This document shows positions 51,859 to 63,832 of a stretch of DNA of 64,000 nucleotides, piece after piece (position 1 is the stretch's first letter; each line of letters starts with the position of its first letter). A program made the translations under genes and the position numbers. The notes under the pieces are model-generated. The model was not told the origin of the DNA and did no database searches. It saw only the letters and a list, made by a program, of their open reading frames with translations. Source of the stretch: Squalus acanthias (Eukaryota); NCBI GenBank assembly GCA_030390025.1, contig CM059436.1:93868001-93932000 (forward strand), given 5' to 3'.

Positions 51859-53240
51859 AAATAGGTAGTATCATGGGGTTCCTGGCAAGGTGCGAGAGCT
51901 GTCTCCTAAAGCCATGGTGACAAATCAACAGCACTCCTATCGATTCTGAATACGAAAAGACAGCAACTTGAAGGGCTCTAAATCACCGGAATCGCTGTTG
52001 AAACCACCAGAAAATTGAGCGCAACAGGCAGCGCTCGTTTCAACTGCAAATCCTGCATGATATGCAAATTCATAGGTGAACATTGCATTGTGGGCAAACT
52101 TATTTCCTCCGGGTTAAAGTCGGAGCTCAATGTCTTGCACAGAAGCTGCGTTGAAATGCTAAAGTCGCAGGCACGCCTGGTCACACTTTGAACTCCAAAA
52201 CATTTGTGTCAAAATGCTAAATGCTTTTCTATGTTTTAGCTTGGGATTGGTTGCTTTAATTCAATCACAGTCCAAAAAGAGCTAAAGAACCAGAATCACT
52301 GACAGAAATAACACCCTTGCTTAACTGCGTACAATGTTTCGTCGTTGACGTCGCCTGTCACCAGTCGCCTGTCACTATTTCTTTCTTATGTTCTTAGGCA
52401 GCTTGCCTGAGGAAGGAGCGAAGCCACACAATTCAAAAGGAAACATTTCTTCAGGTTATGTGTGTGATTGGCAGCTAAATTTGAATGGAATGGACAATTT
52501 TTTAATTGAAAACAATAGGCCTTCATGTCAATGACTTTTACTTGGAACCTTCAAAGACAATCCATCTGGGATCCCTGAAGAGTGTCAAATAAAATAGATA
52601 GCTCCCATAGCTGTTGAGAAAAGCCAAAGAGATCCGTTACATATGGCGATGGATTGCAAGCAGTTTAGCAGAGAGTTGCAGACCATGTATTGTTTTCCCC
52701 TACACAGGGAGCTCGTAAAGTTGAACATGAACTGTGAAAAGGTAGGTGTTAATTTCCCGTTATTTCCTTGCTTGCTCAGTAGTGTGCAATACATTGGTTT
52801 GGCAGTTGAAAACTCATAAGAAAGAGTAGTTTTCTGCTTCGTTTCAGCATCCACGGTATTTTGCATTTGTAGGAGTGTTGTGCTGCTGCTTTGAAGACAA
52901 GGAACTCGGGATAGATGCGGTATTTAAAGCAATCTAAGGACGTTGTTTTCATTATCACAGGCATGCTTACAGAGCTATCAGGGCATGCGAAGACACTCTC
53001 GAGAACATGGGAAGCGATGGCTCAGCTACCAGAGCAATGAGAAACACAAGCTAAAAGCATCCAGAGTGAAAAGAGCTACCAACGTAACGCTATCTACATT
53101 CAGCAGCTTTTTTTGGGTCAATTTTGCACTTCTGAAAGCCTGCTGACGTCACAACAATGCTTGAACACTCAAGCCTCTTACAAACAGCAATCAAAGTACT
53201 AAGCACTTGACTTCTATCTATTTTTCCACACTTGATGGCA

Positions 53241-53353
53241 AACCCGACTAATGTCAGGCTTAAAAAATTCTTTCAATCTCTAAACCAATTCTCTCCACGG
53301 AAATCTTTAGTAAAAGGCGAAAGATTTATACGATATGAAGAGAACTTAGAGTT
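53241..53353 (-). ncRNA. RNU5: U5 snRNA, copy 24
   Basis: U5; two 1-nt deletions near the Sm site. Confidence 0.92.
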
Positions 53354-54735
53354 AAATAGGTAGTATCATGGGGTTCCTGGCAAGGTGCGAGAGCTGTCTC
53401 CTAAAGCCATGGTGACAAATCAACAGCACTCCTATCGATTCTGAATACGAAAAGACAGCAACTTGAAGGGCTCTAAATCACCGGAATCGCTGTTGAAACC
53501 ACCAGAAAATTGAGCGCAAGAGGCAGCGCTCGTTTCAACTGCAAATCCTGCATGATATGCAAATTCATAGGTGAACATTGCATTGTGGGCAAACTTATTT
53601 CCTCCGGGTTAAAGTCGGAGCTCAATGTCTTGCACAGAAGCTGCGTTGAAATGCTAAAGTCGCAGGCACGCCTGGTCACACTTTGAACTCCAAAACATTT
53701 GTGTCAAAATGCTAAATGCTTTTCTATGTTTTAGCTTGGGATTGGTTGCTTTAATTCAATCACAGTCCAAAAAGAGCTAAAGAACCAGAATCACTGACAG
53801 AAATAACACCCTTGCTTAACTGCGTACAATGTTTCGTCGTTGACGTCGCCTGTCACCAGTCGCCTGTCACTATTTCTTTCTTATGTTCTTAGGCAGCTTG
53901 CCTGAGGAAGGAGCGAAGCCGCACAATTCAAAAGGAAACATTTCTTCAGGTTATGTGTGTGATTGGCAGCTAAATTTGAATGGAATGGACAATTTTTTAA
54001 TTGAAAACAATAGGCCTTCATGTCAATGACTTTTACTTGGAACCTTCAAAGACAATCCATCTGGGATCCCTGAAGAGTGTCAAATAAAATAGATAGCTCC
54101 CATAGCTGTTGAGAAAAGCCAAAGAGATCCGTTACATATGGCGATGGATTGCAAGCAGTTTAGCAGAGAGTTGCAGACCATGTATTGTTTTCCCCTACAC
54201 AGGGAGCTCGTAAAGTTGAACATGAACTGTGAAAAGGTAGGTGTTAATTTCCCGTTATTTCCTTGCTTGCTCAGTAGTGTGCAATACATTGGTTTGGCAG
54301 TTGAAAACTCATAAGAAAGAGTAGTTTTCTGCTTCGTTTCAGCATCCACGGTATTTTGCATTTGTAGGAGTGTTGTGCTGCTGCTTTGAAGACAAGGAAC
54401 TCGGGATAGATGCGGTATTTAAAGCAATCTAAGGACGTTGTTTTCATTATCACAGGCATGCTTACAGAGCTATCAGGGCATGCGAAGACACTCTCGAGAA
54501 CATGGGAAGCGATGGCTCAGCTACCAGAGCAATGAGAAACACAAGCTAAAAGCATCCAGAGTGAAAAGAGCTACCAACGTAACGCTATCTACATTCAGCA
54601 GCTTTTTTTGGGTCAATTTTGCACTTCTGAAAGCCTGCTGACGTCACAACAATGCTTGAACACTCAAGCCTCTTACAAACAGCAATCAAAGTACTAAGCA
54701 CTTGACTTCTATCTATTTTTCCACACTTGATGGCA

Positions 54736-54850
54736 AACCCGACTAATGTCAGGCATTAAAAAAATTCTTTCAATCTCTAAACCAATTCTCTCCACGGAAA
54801 TCTTTAGTAAAAGGCGAAAGATTTATACGATATGAAGAGAACTTAGAGTT
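54736..54850 (-). ncRNA. RNU5: U5 snRNA, copy 25
   Basis: Full U5; Sm AAUUUUUUUAA. Confidence 0.95.
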
Positions 54851-56232
54851 AAATAGGTAGTATCATGGGGTTCCTGGCAAGGTGCGAGAGCTGTCTCCTA
54901 AAGCCATGGTGACAAATCAACAGCACTCCTATCGATTCTGAATACGAAAAGACAGCAACTTGAAGGGCTCTAAATCACCGGAATCGCTGTTGAAACCACC
55001 AGAAAATTGAGCGCAACAGGCAGCGCTCGTTTCAACTGCAAATCCTGCATGATATGCAAATTCATAGGTGAACATTGCATTGTGGGCAAACTTATTTCCT
55101 CCGGGTTAAAGTCGGAGCTCAATGTCTTGCACAGAAGCTGCGTTGAAATGCTAAAGTCGCAGGCACGCCTGGTCACACTTTGAACTCCAAAACATTTGTG
55201 TCAAAATGCTAAATGCTTTTCTATGTTTTAGCTTGGGATTGGTTGCTTTAATTCAATCACAGTCCAAAAAGAGCTAAAGAACCAGAATCACTGACAGAAA
55301 TAACACCCTTGCTTAACTGCGTACAATGTTTCGTCGTTGACGTCGCCTGTCACCAGTCGCCTGTCACTATTTCTTTCTTATGTTCTTAGGCAGCTTGCCT
55401 GAGGAAGGAGCGAAGCCGCACAATTCAAAAGGAAACATTTCTTCAGGTTATGTGTGTGATTGGCAGCTAAATTTGAATGGAATGGACAATTTTTTAATTG
55501 AAAACAATAGGCCTTCATGTCAATGACTTTTACTTGGAACCTTCAAAGACAATCCATCTGGGATCCCTGAAGAGTGTCAAATAAAATAGATAGCTCCCAT
55601 AGCTGTTGAGAAAAGCCAAAGAGATCCGTTACATATGGCGATGGATTGCAAGCAGTTTAGCAGAGAGTTGCAGACCATGTATTGTTTTCCCCTACACAGG
55701 GAGCTCGTAAAGTTGAACATGAACTGTGAAAAGGTAGGTGTTAATTTCCCGTTATTTCCTTGCTTGCTCAGTAGTGTGCAATACATTGGTTTGGCAGTTG
55801 AAAACTCATAAGAAAGAGTAGTTTTCTGCTTCGTTTCAGCATCCACGGTATTTTGCATTTGTAGGAGTGTTGTGCTGCTGCTTTGAAGACAAGGAACTCG
55901 GGATAGATGCGGTATTTAAAGCAATCTAAGGACGTTGTTTTCATTATCACAGGCATGCTTACAGAGCTATCAGGGCATGCGAAGACACTCTCGAGAACAT
56001 GGGAAGCGATGGCTCAGCTACCAGAGCAATGAGAAACACAAGCTAAAAGCATCCAGAGTGAAAAGAGCTACCAACGTAACGCTATCTACATTCAGCAGCT
56101 TTTTTTGGGTCAATTTTGCACTTCTGAAAGCCTGCTGACGTCACAACAATGCTTGAACACTCAAGCCTCTTACAAACAGCAATCAAAGTACTAAGCACTT
56201 GACTTCTATCTATTTTTCCACACTTGATGGCA

Positions 56233-56347
56233 AACCCGACTAATGTCAGGCATTCAAAAAATTCTTTCAATCTCTAAACCAATTCTCTCCACGGAAATCT
56301 TTAGTAAAAGGCGAAAGATTTATACGATATGAAGAGAACTTAGAGTT
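56233..56347 (-). ncRNA. RNU5: U5 snRNA, copy 26
   Basis: Full U5; Sm AAUUUUUUGAA. Confidence 0.95.
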
Positions 56348-57729
56348 AAATAGGTAGTATCATGGGGTTCCTGGCAAGGTGCGAGAGCTGTCTCCTAAAG
56401 CCATGGTGACAAATCAACAGCACTCCTATCGATTCTGAATACGAAAAGACAGCAACTTGAAGGGCTCTAAATCACCGGAATCGCTGTTGAAACCACCAGA
56501 AAATTGAGCGCAACAGGCAGCGCTCGTTTCAACTGCAAATCCTGCATGATATGCAAATTCATAGGTGAACATTGCATTGTGGGCAAACTTATTTCCTCCG
56601 GGTTAAAGTCGGAGCTCAATGTCTTGCACAGAAGCTGCGTTGAAATGCTAAAGTCGCAGGCACGCCTGGTCACACTTTGAACTCCAAAACATTTGTGTCA
56701 AAATGCTAAATGCTTTTCTATGTTTTAGCTTGGGATTGGTTGCTTTAATTCAATCACAGTCCAAAAAGAGCTAAAGAACCAGAATCACTGACAGAAATAA
56801 CACCCTTGCTTAACTGCGTACAATGTTTCGTCGTTGACGTCGCCTGTCACCAGTCGCCTGTCACTATTTCTTTCTTATGTTCTTAGGCAGCTTGCCTGAG
56901 GAAGGAGCGAAGCCACACAATTCAAAAGGAAACATTTCTTCAGGTTATGTGTGTGATTGGCAGCTAAATTTGAATTGAATGGACAATTTTTTAATTGAAA
57001 ACAATAGGCCTTCATGTCAATGACTTTTACTTGGAACCTTCAAAGACAATCCATCTGGGATCCCTGAAGAGTGTCAAATAAAATAGATAGCTCCCATAGC
57101 TGTTGAGAAAAGCCAAAGAGATCCGTTACATATGGCGATGGATTGCAAGCAGTTTAGCAGAGAGTTGCAGACCATGTATTGTTTTCCCCTACACAGGGAG
57201 CTCGTAAAGTTGAACATGAACTGTGAAAAGGTAGGTGTTAATTTCCCGTTATTTCCTTGCTTGCTCAGTAGTGTGCAATACATTGGTTTGGCAGTTGAAA
57301 ACTCATAAGAAAGAGTAGTTTTCTGCTTCGTTTCAGCATCCACGGTATTTTGCATTTGTAGGAGTGTTGTGCTGCTGCTTTGAAGACAAGGAACTCGGGA
57401 TAGATGCGGTATTTAAAGCAATCTAAGGACGTTGTTTTCATTATCACAGGCATGCTTACAGAGCTATCAGGGCATGCGAAGACACTCTCGAGAACATGGG
57501 AAGCGATGGCTCAGCTACCAGAGCAATGAGAAACACAAGCTAAAAGCATCCAGAGTGAAAAGAGCTACCAACGTAACGCTATCTACATTCAGCAGCTTTT
57601 TTTGGGTCAATTTTGCACTTCTGAAAGCCTGCTGACGTCACAACAATGCTTGAACACTCAAGCCTCTTACAAACAGCAATCAAAGTACTAAGCACTTGAC
57701 TTCTATCTATTTTTCCACACTTGATGGCA

Positions 57730-57844
57730 AACCCGACTAATGTCAGGCATTCAAAAAATTCTTTCAATCTCTAAACCAATTCTCTCCACGGAAATCTTTC
57801 GTAAAAGGCGAAAGATTTATACGATATGAAGAGAACTTAGAGTT
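57730..57844 (-). ncRNA. RNU5: U5 snRNA, copy 27
   Basis: U5; Sm AAUUUUUUGAA; G after loop 1. Confidence 0.95.
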
Positions 57845-59226
57845 AAATAGGTAGTATCATGGGGTTCCTGGCAAGGTGCGAGAGCTGTCTCCTAAAGCCA
57901 TGGTGACAAATCAACAGCACTCCTATCGATTCTGAATACGAAAAGACAGCAACTTGAAGGGCTCTAAATCACCGGAATCGCTGTTGAAACCACCAGAAAA
58001 TTGAGCGCAAGAGGCAGCGCTCGTTTCAACTGCAAATCCTGCATGATATGCAAATTCATAGGTGAACATTGCATTGTGGGCAAACTTATTTCCTCCGGGT
58101 TAAAGTCGGAGCTCAATGTCTTGCACAGAAGCTGCGTTGAAATGCTAAAGTCGCAGGCACGCCTGGTCACACTTTGAACTCCAAAACATTTGTGTCAAAA
58201 TGCTAAATGCTTTTCTATGTTTTAGCTTGGGATTGGTTGCTTTAATTCAATCACAGTCCAAAAAGAGCTAAAGAACCAGAATCACTGACAGAAATAACAC
58301 CCTTGCTTAACTGCGTACAATGTTTCGTCGTTGACGTCGCCTGTCACCAGTCGCCTGTCACTATTTCTTTCTTATGTTCTTAGGCAGCTTGCCTGAGGAA
58401 GGAGCGAAGCCGCACAATTCAAAAGGAAACATTTCTTCAGGTTATGTGTGTGATTGGCAGCTAAATTTGAATGGAATGGACAATTTTTTAATTGAAAACA
58501 ATAGGCCTTCATGTCAATGACTTTTACTTGGAACCTTCAAAGACAATCCATCTGGGATCCCTGAAGAGTGTCAAATAAAATAGATAGCTCCCATAGCTGT
58601 TGAGAAAAGCCAAAGAGATCCGTTACATATGGCGATGGATTGCAAGCAGTTTAGCAGAGAGTTGCAGACCATGTATTGTTTTCCCCTACACAGGGAGCTC
58701 GTAAAGTTGAACATGAACTGTGAAAAGGTAGGTGTTAATTTCCCGTTATTTCCTTGCTTGCTCAGTAGTGTGCAATACATTGGTTTGGCAGTTGAAAACT
58801 CATAAGAAAGAGTAGTTTTCTGCTTCGTTTCAGCATCCACGGTATTTTGCATTTGTAGGAGTGTTGTGCTGCTGCTTTGAAGACAAGGAACTCGGGATAG
58901 ATGCGGTATTTAAAGCAATCTAAGGACGTTGTTTTCATTATCACAGGCATGCTTACAGAGCTATCAGGGCATGCGAAGACACTCTCGAGAACATGGGAAG
59001 CGATGGCTCAGCTACCAGAGCAATGAGAAACACAAGCTAAAAGCATCCAGAGTGAAAAGAGCTACCAACGTAACGCTATCTACATTCAGCAGCTTTTTTT
59101 GGGTCAATTTTGCACTTCTGAAAGCCTGCTGACGTCACAACAATGCTTGAACACTCAAGCCTCTTACAAACAGCAATCAAAGTACTAAGCACTTGACTTC
59201 TGTCTATTTTTCCACACTTGATGGCA

Positions 59227-59341
59227 AACCCGACTAATGTCAGGCATTAAAAAAATTCTTTCAATCTCTAAACCAATTCTCTCCACGGAAATCTTTAGTA
59301 AAAGGCGAAAGATTTATACGATATGAAGAGAACTTAGAGTT
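59227..59341 (-). ncRNA. RNU5: U5 snRNA, copy 28
   Basis: Full U5; Sm AAUUUUUUUAA. Confidence 0.95.
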
Positions 59342-60723
59342 AAATAGGTAGTATCATGGGGTTCCTGGCAAGGTGCGAGAGCTGTCTCCTAAAGCCATGG
59401 TGACAAATCAACAGCACTCCTATCGATTCTGAATACGAAAAGACAGCAACTTGAAGGGCTCTAAATCACCGGAATCGCTGTTGAAACCACCAGAAAATTG
59501 AGCGCAACAGGCAGCGCTCGTTTCAACTGCAAATCCTGCATGATATGCAAATTCATAGGTGAACATTGCATTGTGGGCAAACTTATTTCCTCCGGGTTAA
59601 AGTCGGAGCTCAATGTCTTGCACAGAAGCTGCGTTGAAATGCTAAAGTCGCAGGCACGCCTGGTCACACTTTGAACTCCAAAACATTTGTGTCAAAATGC
59701 TAAATGCTTTTCTATGTTTTAGCTTGGGATTGGTTGCTTTAATTCAATCACAGTCCAAAAAGAGCTAAAGAACCAGAATCACTGACAGAAATAACACCCT
59801 TGCTTAACTGCGTACAATGTTTCGTCGTTGACGTCGCCTGTCACCAGTCGCCTGTCACTATTTCTTTCTTATGTTCTTAGGCAGCTTGCCTGAGGAAGGA
59901 GCGAAGCCACACAATTCAAAAGGAAACATTTCTTCAGGTTATGTGTGTGATTGGCAGCTAAATTTGAATTGAATGGACAATTTTTTAATTGAAAACAATA
60001 GGCCTTCATGTCAATGACTTTTACTTGGAACCTTCAAAGACAATCCATCTGGGATCCCTGAAGAGTGTCAAATAAAATAGATAGCTCCCATAGCTGTTGA
60101 GAAAAGCCAAAGAGATCCGTTACATATGGCGATGGATTGCAAGCAGTTTAGCAGAGAGTTGCAGACCATGTATTGTTTTCCCCTACACAGGGAGCTCGTA
60201 AAGTTGAACATGAACTGTGAAAAGGTAGGTGTTAATTTCCCGTTATTTCCTTGCTTGCTCAGTAGTGTGCAATACATTGGTTTGGCAGTTGAAAACTCAT
60301 AAGAAAGAGTAGTTTTCTGCTTCGTTTCAGCATCCACGGTATTTTGCATTTGTAGGAGTGTTGTGCTGCTGCTTTGAAGACAAGGAACTCGGGATAGATG
60401 CGGTATTTAAAGCAATCTAAGGACGTTGTTTTCATTATCACAGGCATGCTTACAGAGCTATCAGGGCATGCGAAGACACTCTCGAGAACATGGGAAGCGA
60501 TGGCTCAGCTACCAGAGCAATGAGAAACACAAGCTAAAAGCATCCAGAGTGAAAAGAGCTACCAACGTAACGCTATCTACATTCAGCAGCTTTTTTTGGG
60601 TCAATTTTGCACTTCTGAAAGCCTGCTGACGTCACAACAATGCTTGAACACTCAAGCCTCTTACAAACAGCAATCAAAGTACTAAGCACTTGACTTCTGT
60701 CTATTTTTCCACACTTGATGGCA

Positions 60724-60838
60724 AACCCGACTAATGTCAGGCATTCAAAAAATTCTTTCAATCTCTAAACCAATTCTCTCCACGGAAATCTTTCGTAAAA
60801 GGCGAAAGATTTATACGATATGAAGAGAACTTAGAGTT
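60724..60838 (-). ncRNA. RNU5: U5 snRNA, copy 29
   Basis: U5; Sm AAUUUUUUGAA; G after loop 1. Confidence 0.95.
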
Positions 60839-62220
60839 AAATAGGTAGTATCATGGGGTTCCTGGCAAGGTGCGAGAGCTGTCTCCTAAAGCCATGGTGA
60901 CAAATCAACAGCACTCCTATCGATTCTGAATACGAAAAGACAGCAACTTGAAGGGCTCTAAATCACCGGAATCGCTGTTGAAACCACCAGAAAATTGAGC
61001 GCAAGAGGCAGCGCTCGTTTCAACTGCAAATCCTGCATGATATGCAAATTCATAGGTGAACATTGCATTGTGGGCAAACTTATTTCCTCCGGGTTAAAGT
61101 CGGAGCTCAATGTCTTGCACAGAAGCTGCGTTGAAATGCTAAAGTCGCAGGCACGCCTGGTCACACTTTGAACTCCAAAACATTTGTGTCAAAATGCTAA
61201 ATGCTTTTCTATGTTTTAGCTTGGGATTGGTTGCTTTAATTCAATCACAGTCCAAAAAGAGCTAAAGAACCAGAATCACTGACAGAAATAACACCCTTGC
61301 TTAACTGCGTACAATGTTTCGTCGTTGACGTCGCCTGTCACCAGTCGCCTGTCACTATTTCTTTCTTATGTTCTTAGGCAGCTTGCCTGAGGAAGGAGCG
61401 AAGCCGCACAATTCAAAAGGAAACATTTCTTCAGGTTATGTGTGTGATTGGCAGCTAAATTTGAATGGAATGGACAATTTTTTAATTGAAAACAATAGGC
61501 CTTCATGTCAATGACTTTTACTTGGAACCTTCAAAGACAATCCATCTGGGATCCCTGAAGAGTGTCAAATAAAATAGATAGCTCCCATAGCTGTTGAGAA
61601 AAGCCAAAGAGATCCGTTACATATGGCGATGGATTGCAAGCAGTTTAGCAGAGAGTTGCAGACCATGTATTGTTTTCCCCTACACAGGGAGCTCGTAAAG
61701 TTGAACATGAACTGTGAAAAGGTAGGTGTTAATTTCCCGTTATTTCCTTGCTTGCTCAGTAGTGTGCAATACATTGGTTTGGCAGTTGAAAACTCATAAG
61801 AAAGAGTAGTTTTCTGCTTCGTTTCAGCATCCACGGTATTTTGCATTTGTAGGAGTGTTGTGCTGCTGCTTTGAAGACAAGGAACTCGGGATAGATGCGG
61901 TATTTAAAGCAATCTAAGGACGTTGTTTTCATTATCACAGGCATGCTTACAGAGCTATCAGGGCATGCGAAGACACTCTCGAGAACATGGGAAGCGATGG
62001 CTCAGCTACCAGAGCAATGAGAAACACAAGCTAAAAGCATCCAGAGTGAAAAGAGCTACCAACGTAACGCTATCTACATTCAGCAGCTTTTTTTGGGTCA
62101 ATTTTGCACTTCTGAAAGCCTGCTGACGTCACAACAATGCTTGAACACTCAAGCCTCTTACAAACAGCAATCAAAGTACTAAGCACTTGACTTCTGTCTA
62201 TTTTTCCACACTTGATGGCA

Positions 62221-62335
62221 AACCCGACTAATGTCAGGCATTCAAAAAATTCTTTCAATCTCTAAACCAATTCTCTCCACGGAAATCTTTCGTAAAAGGC
62301 GAAAGATTTATACGATATGAAGAGAACTTAGAGTT
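62221..62335 (-). ncRNA. RNU5: U5 snRNA, copy 30
   Basis: U5; Sm AAUUUUUUGAA; G after loop 1. PSE 62380-62397, octamer 62539-62546, SPH 62558-62574, 3' box 62197-62211. Confidence 0.95.
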
Positions 62336-63717
62336 AAATAGGTAGTATCATGGGGTTCCTGGCAAGGTGCGAGAGCTGTCTCCTAAAGCCATGGTGACAA
62401 ATCAACAGCACTCCTATCGATTCTGAATACGAAAAGACAGCAACTTGAAGGGCTCTAAATCACCGGAATCGCTGTTGAAACCACCAGAAAATTGAGCGCA
62501 ACAGGCAGCGCTCGTTTCAACTGCAAATCCTGCATGATATGCAAATTCATAGGTGAACATTGCATTGTGGGCAAACTTATTTCCTCCGGGTTAAAGTCGG
62601 AGCTCAATGTCTTGCACAGAAGCTGCGTTGAAATGCTAAAGTCGCAGGCACGCCTGGTCACACTTTGAACTCCAAAACATTTGTGTCAAAATGCTAAATG
62701 CTTTTCTATGTTTTAGCTTGGGATTGGTTGCTTTAATTCAATCACAGTCCAAAAAGAGCTAAAGAACCAGAATCACTGACAGAAATAACACCCTTGCTTA
62801 ACTGCGTACAATGTTTCGTCGTTGACGTCGCCTGTCACCAGTCGCCTGTCACTATTTCTTTCTTATGTTCTTAGGCAGCTTGCCTGAGGAAGGAGCGAAG
62901 CCGCACAATTCAAAAGGAAACATTTCTTCAGGTTATGTGTGTGATTGGCAGCTAAATTTGAATGGAATGGACAATTTTTTAATTGAAAACAATAGGCCTT
63001 CATGTCAATGACTTTTACTTGGAACCTTCAAAGACAATCCATCTGGGATCCCTGAAGAGTGTCAAATAAAATAGATAGCTCCCATAGCTGTTGAGAAAAG
63101 CCAAAGAGATCCGTTACATATGGCGATGGATTGCAAGCAGTTTAGCAGAGAGTTGCAGACCATGTATTGTTTTCCCCTACACAGGGAGCTCGTAAAGTTG
63201 AACATGAACTGTGAAAAGGTAGGTGTTAATTTCCCGTTATTTCCTTGCTTGCTCAGTAGTGTGCAATACATTGGTTTGGCAGTTGAAAACTCATAAGAAA
63301 GAGTAGTTTTCTGCTTCGTTTCAGCATCCACGGTATTTTGCATTTGTAGGAGTGTTGTGCTGCTGCTTTGAAGACAAGGAACTCGGGATAGATGCGGTAT
63401 TTAAAGCAATCTAAGGACGTTGTTTTCATTATCACAGGCATGCTTACAGAGCTATCAGGGCATGCGAAGACACTCTCGAGAACATGGGAAGCGATGGCTC
63501 AGCTACCAGAGCAATGAGAAACACAAGCTAAAAGCATCCAGAGTGAAAAGAGCTACCAACGTAACGCTATCTACATTCAGCAGCTTTTTTTGGGTCAATT
63601 TTGCACTTCTGAAAGCCTGCTGACGTCACAACAATGCTTGAACACTCAAGCCTCTTACAAACAGCAATCAAAGTACTAAGCACTTGACTTCTATCTATTT
63701 TTCCACACTTGATGGCA

Positions 63718-63832
63718 AACCCGACTAATGTCAGGCATTAAAAAAATTCTTTCAATCTCTAAACCAATTCTCTCCACGGAAATCTTTAGTAAAAGGCGAA
63801 AGATTTATACGATATGAAGAGAACTTAGAGTT
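63718..63832 (-). ncRNA. RNU5: U5 snRNA, copy 31
   Basis: Full U5; Sm AAUUUUUUUAA; the distal element lies beyond the window edge. Confidence 0.95.

Noticed and set aside
61955-62030. Second small-RNA gene (tRNA or 5S) in the unit, suggested by the A-box-like TGGCTCAGCT
   Set aside because: No B box, cloverleaf or 5S similarity was visible by eye. A cmscan of the spacer would settle it.
62826-62852. GTCGCCTGTCAC direct repeat and CRE-like TGACGTC motifs in the spacer as regulatory elements
   Set aside because: They lie outside the usual PSE and DSE positions, and their conservation across units carries no information because the whole unit is homogenised.
18150-63623. Recurrent 60-100-aa ORFs in the array (MTRRACDF.., MQNTVDAE.., MPVIMKTT.., MFSLSQAC.., MKEFFECL..)
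   Set aside because: They are short, overlap on both strands, show no recognisable domain and often start at non-ATG codons. They recur only because the unit is repeated, and some overlap the U5 promoter or 3' box.
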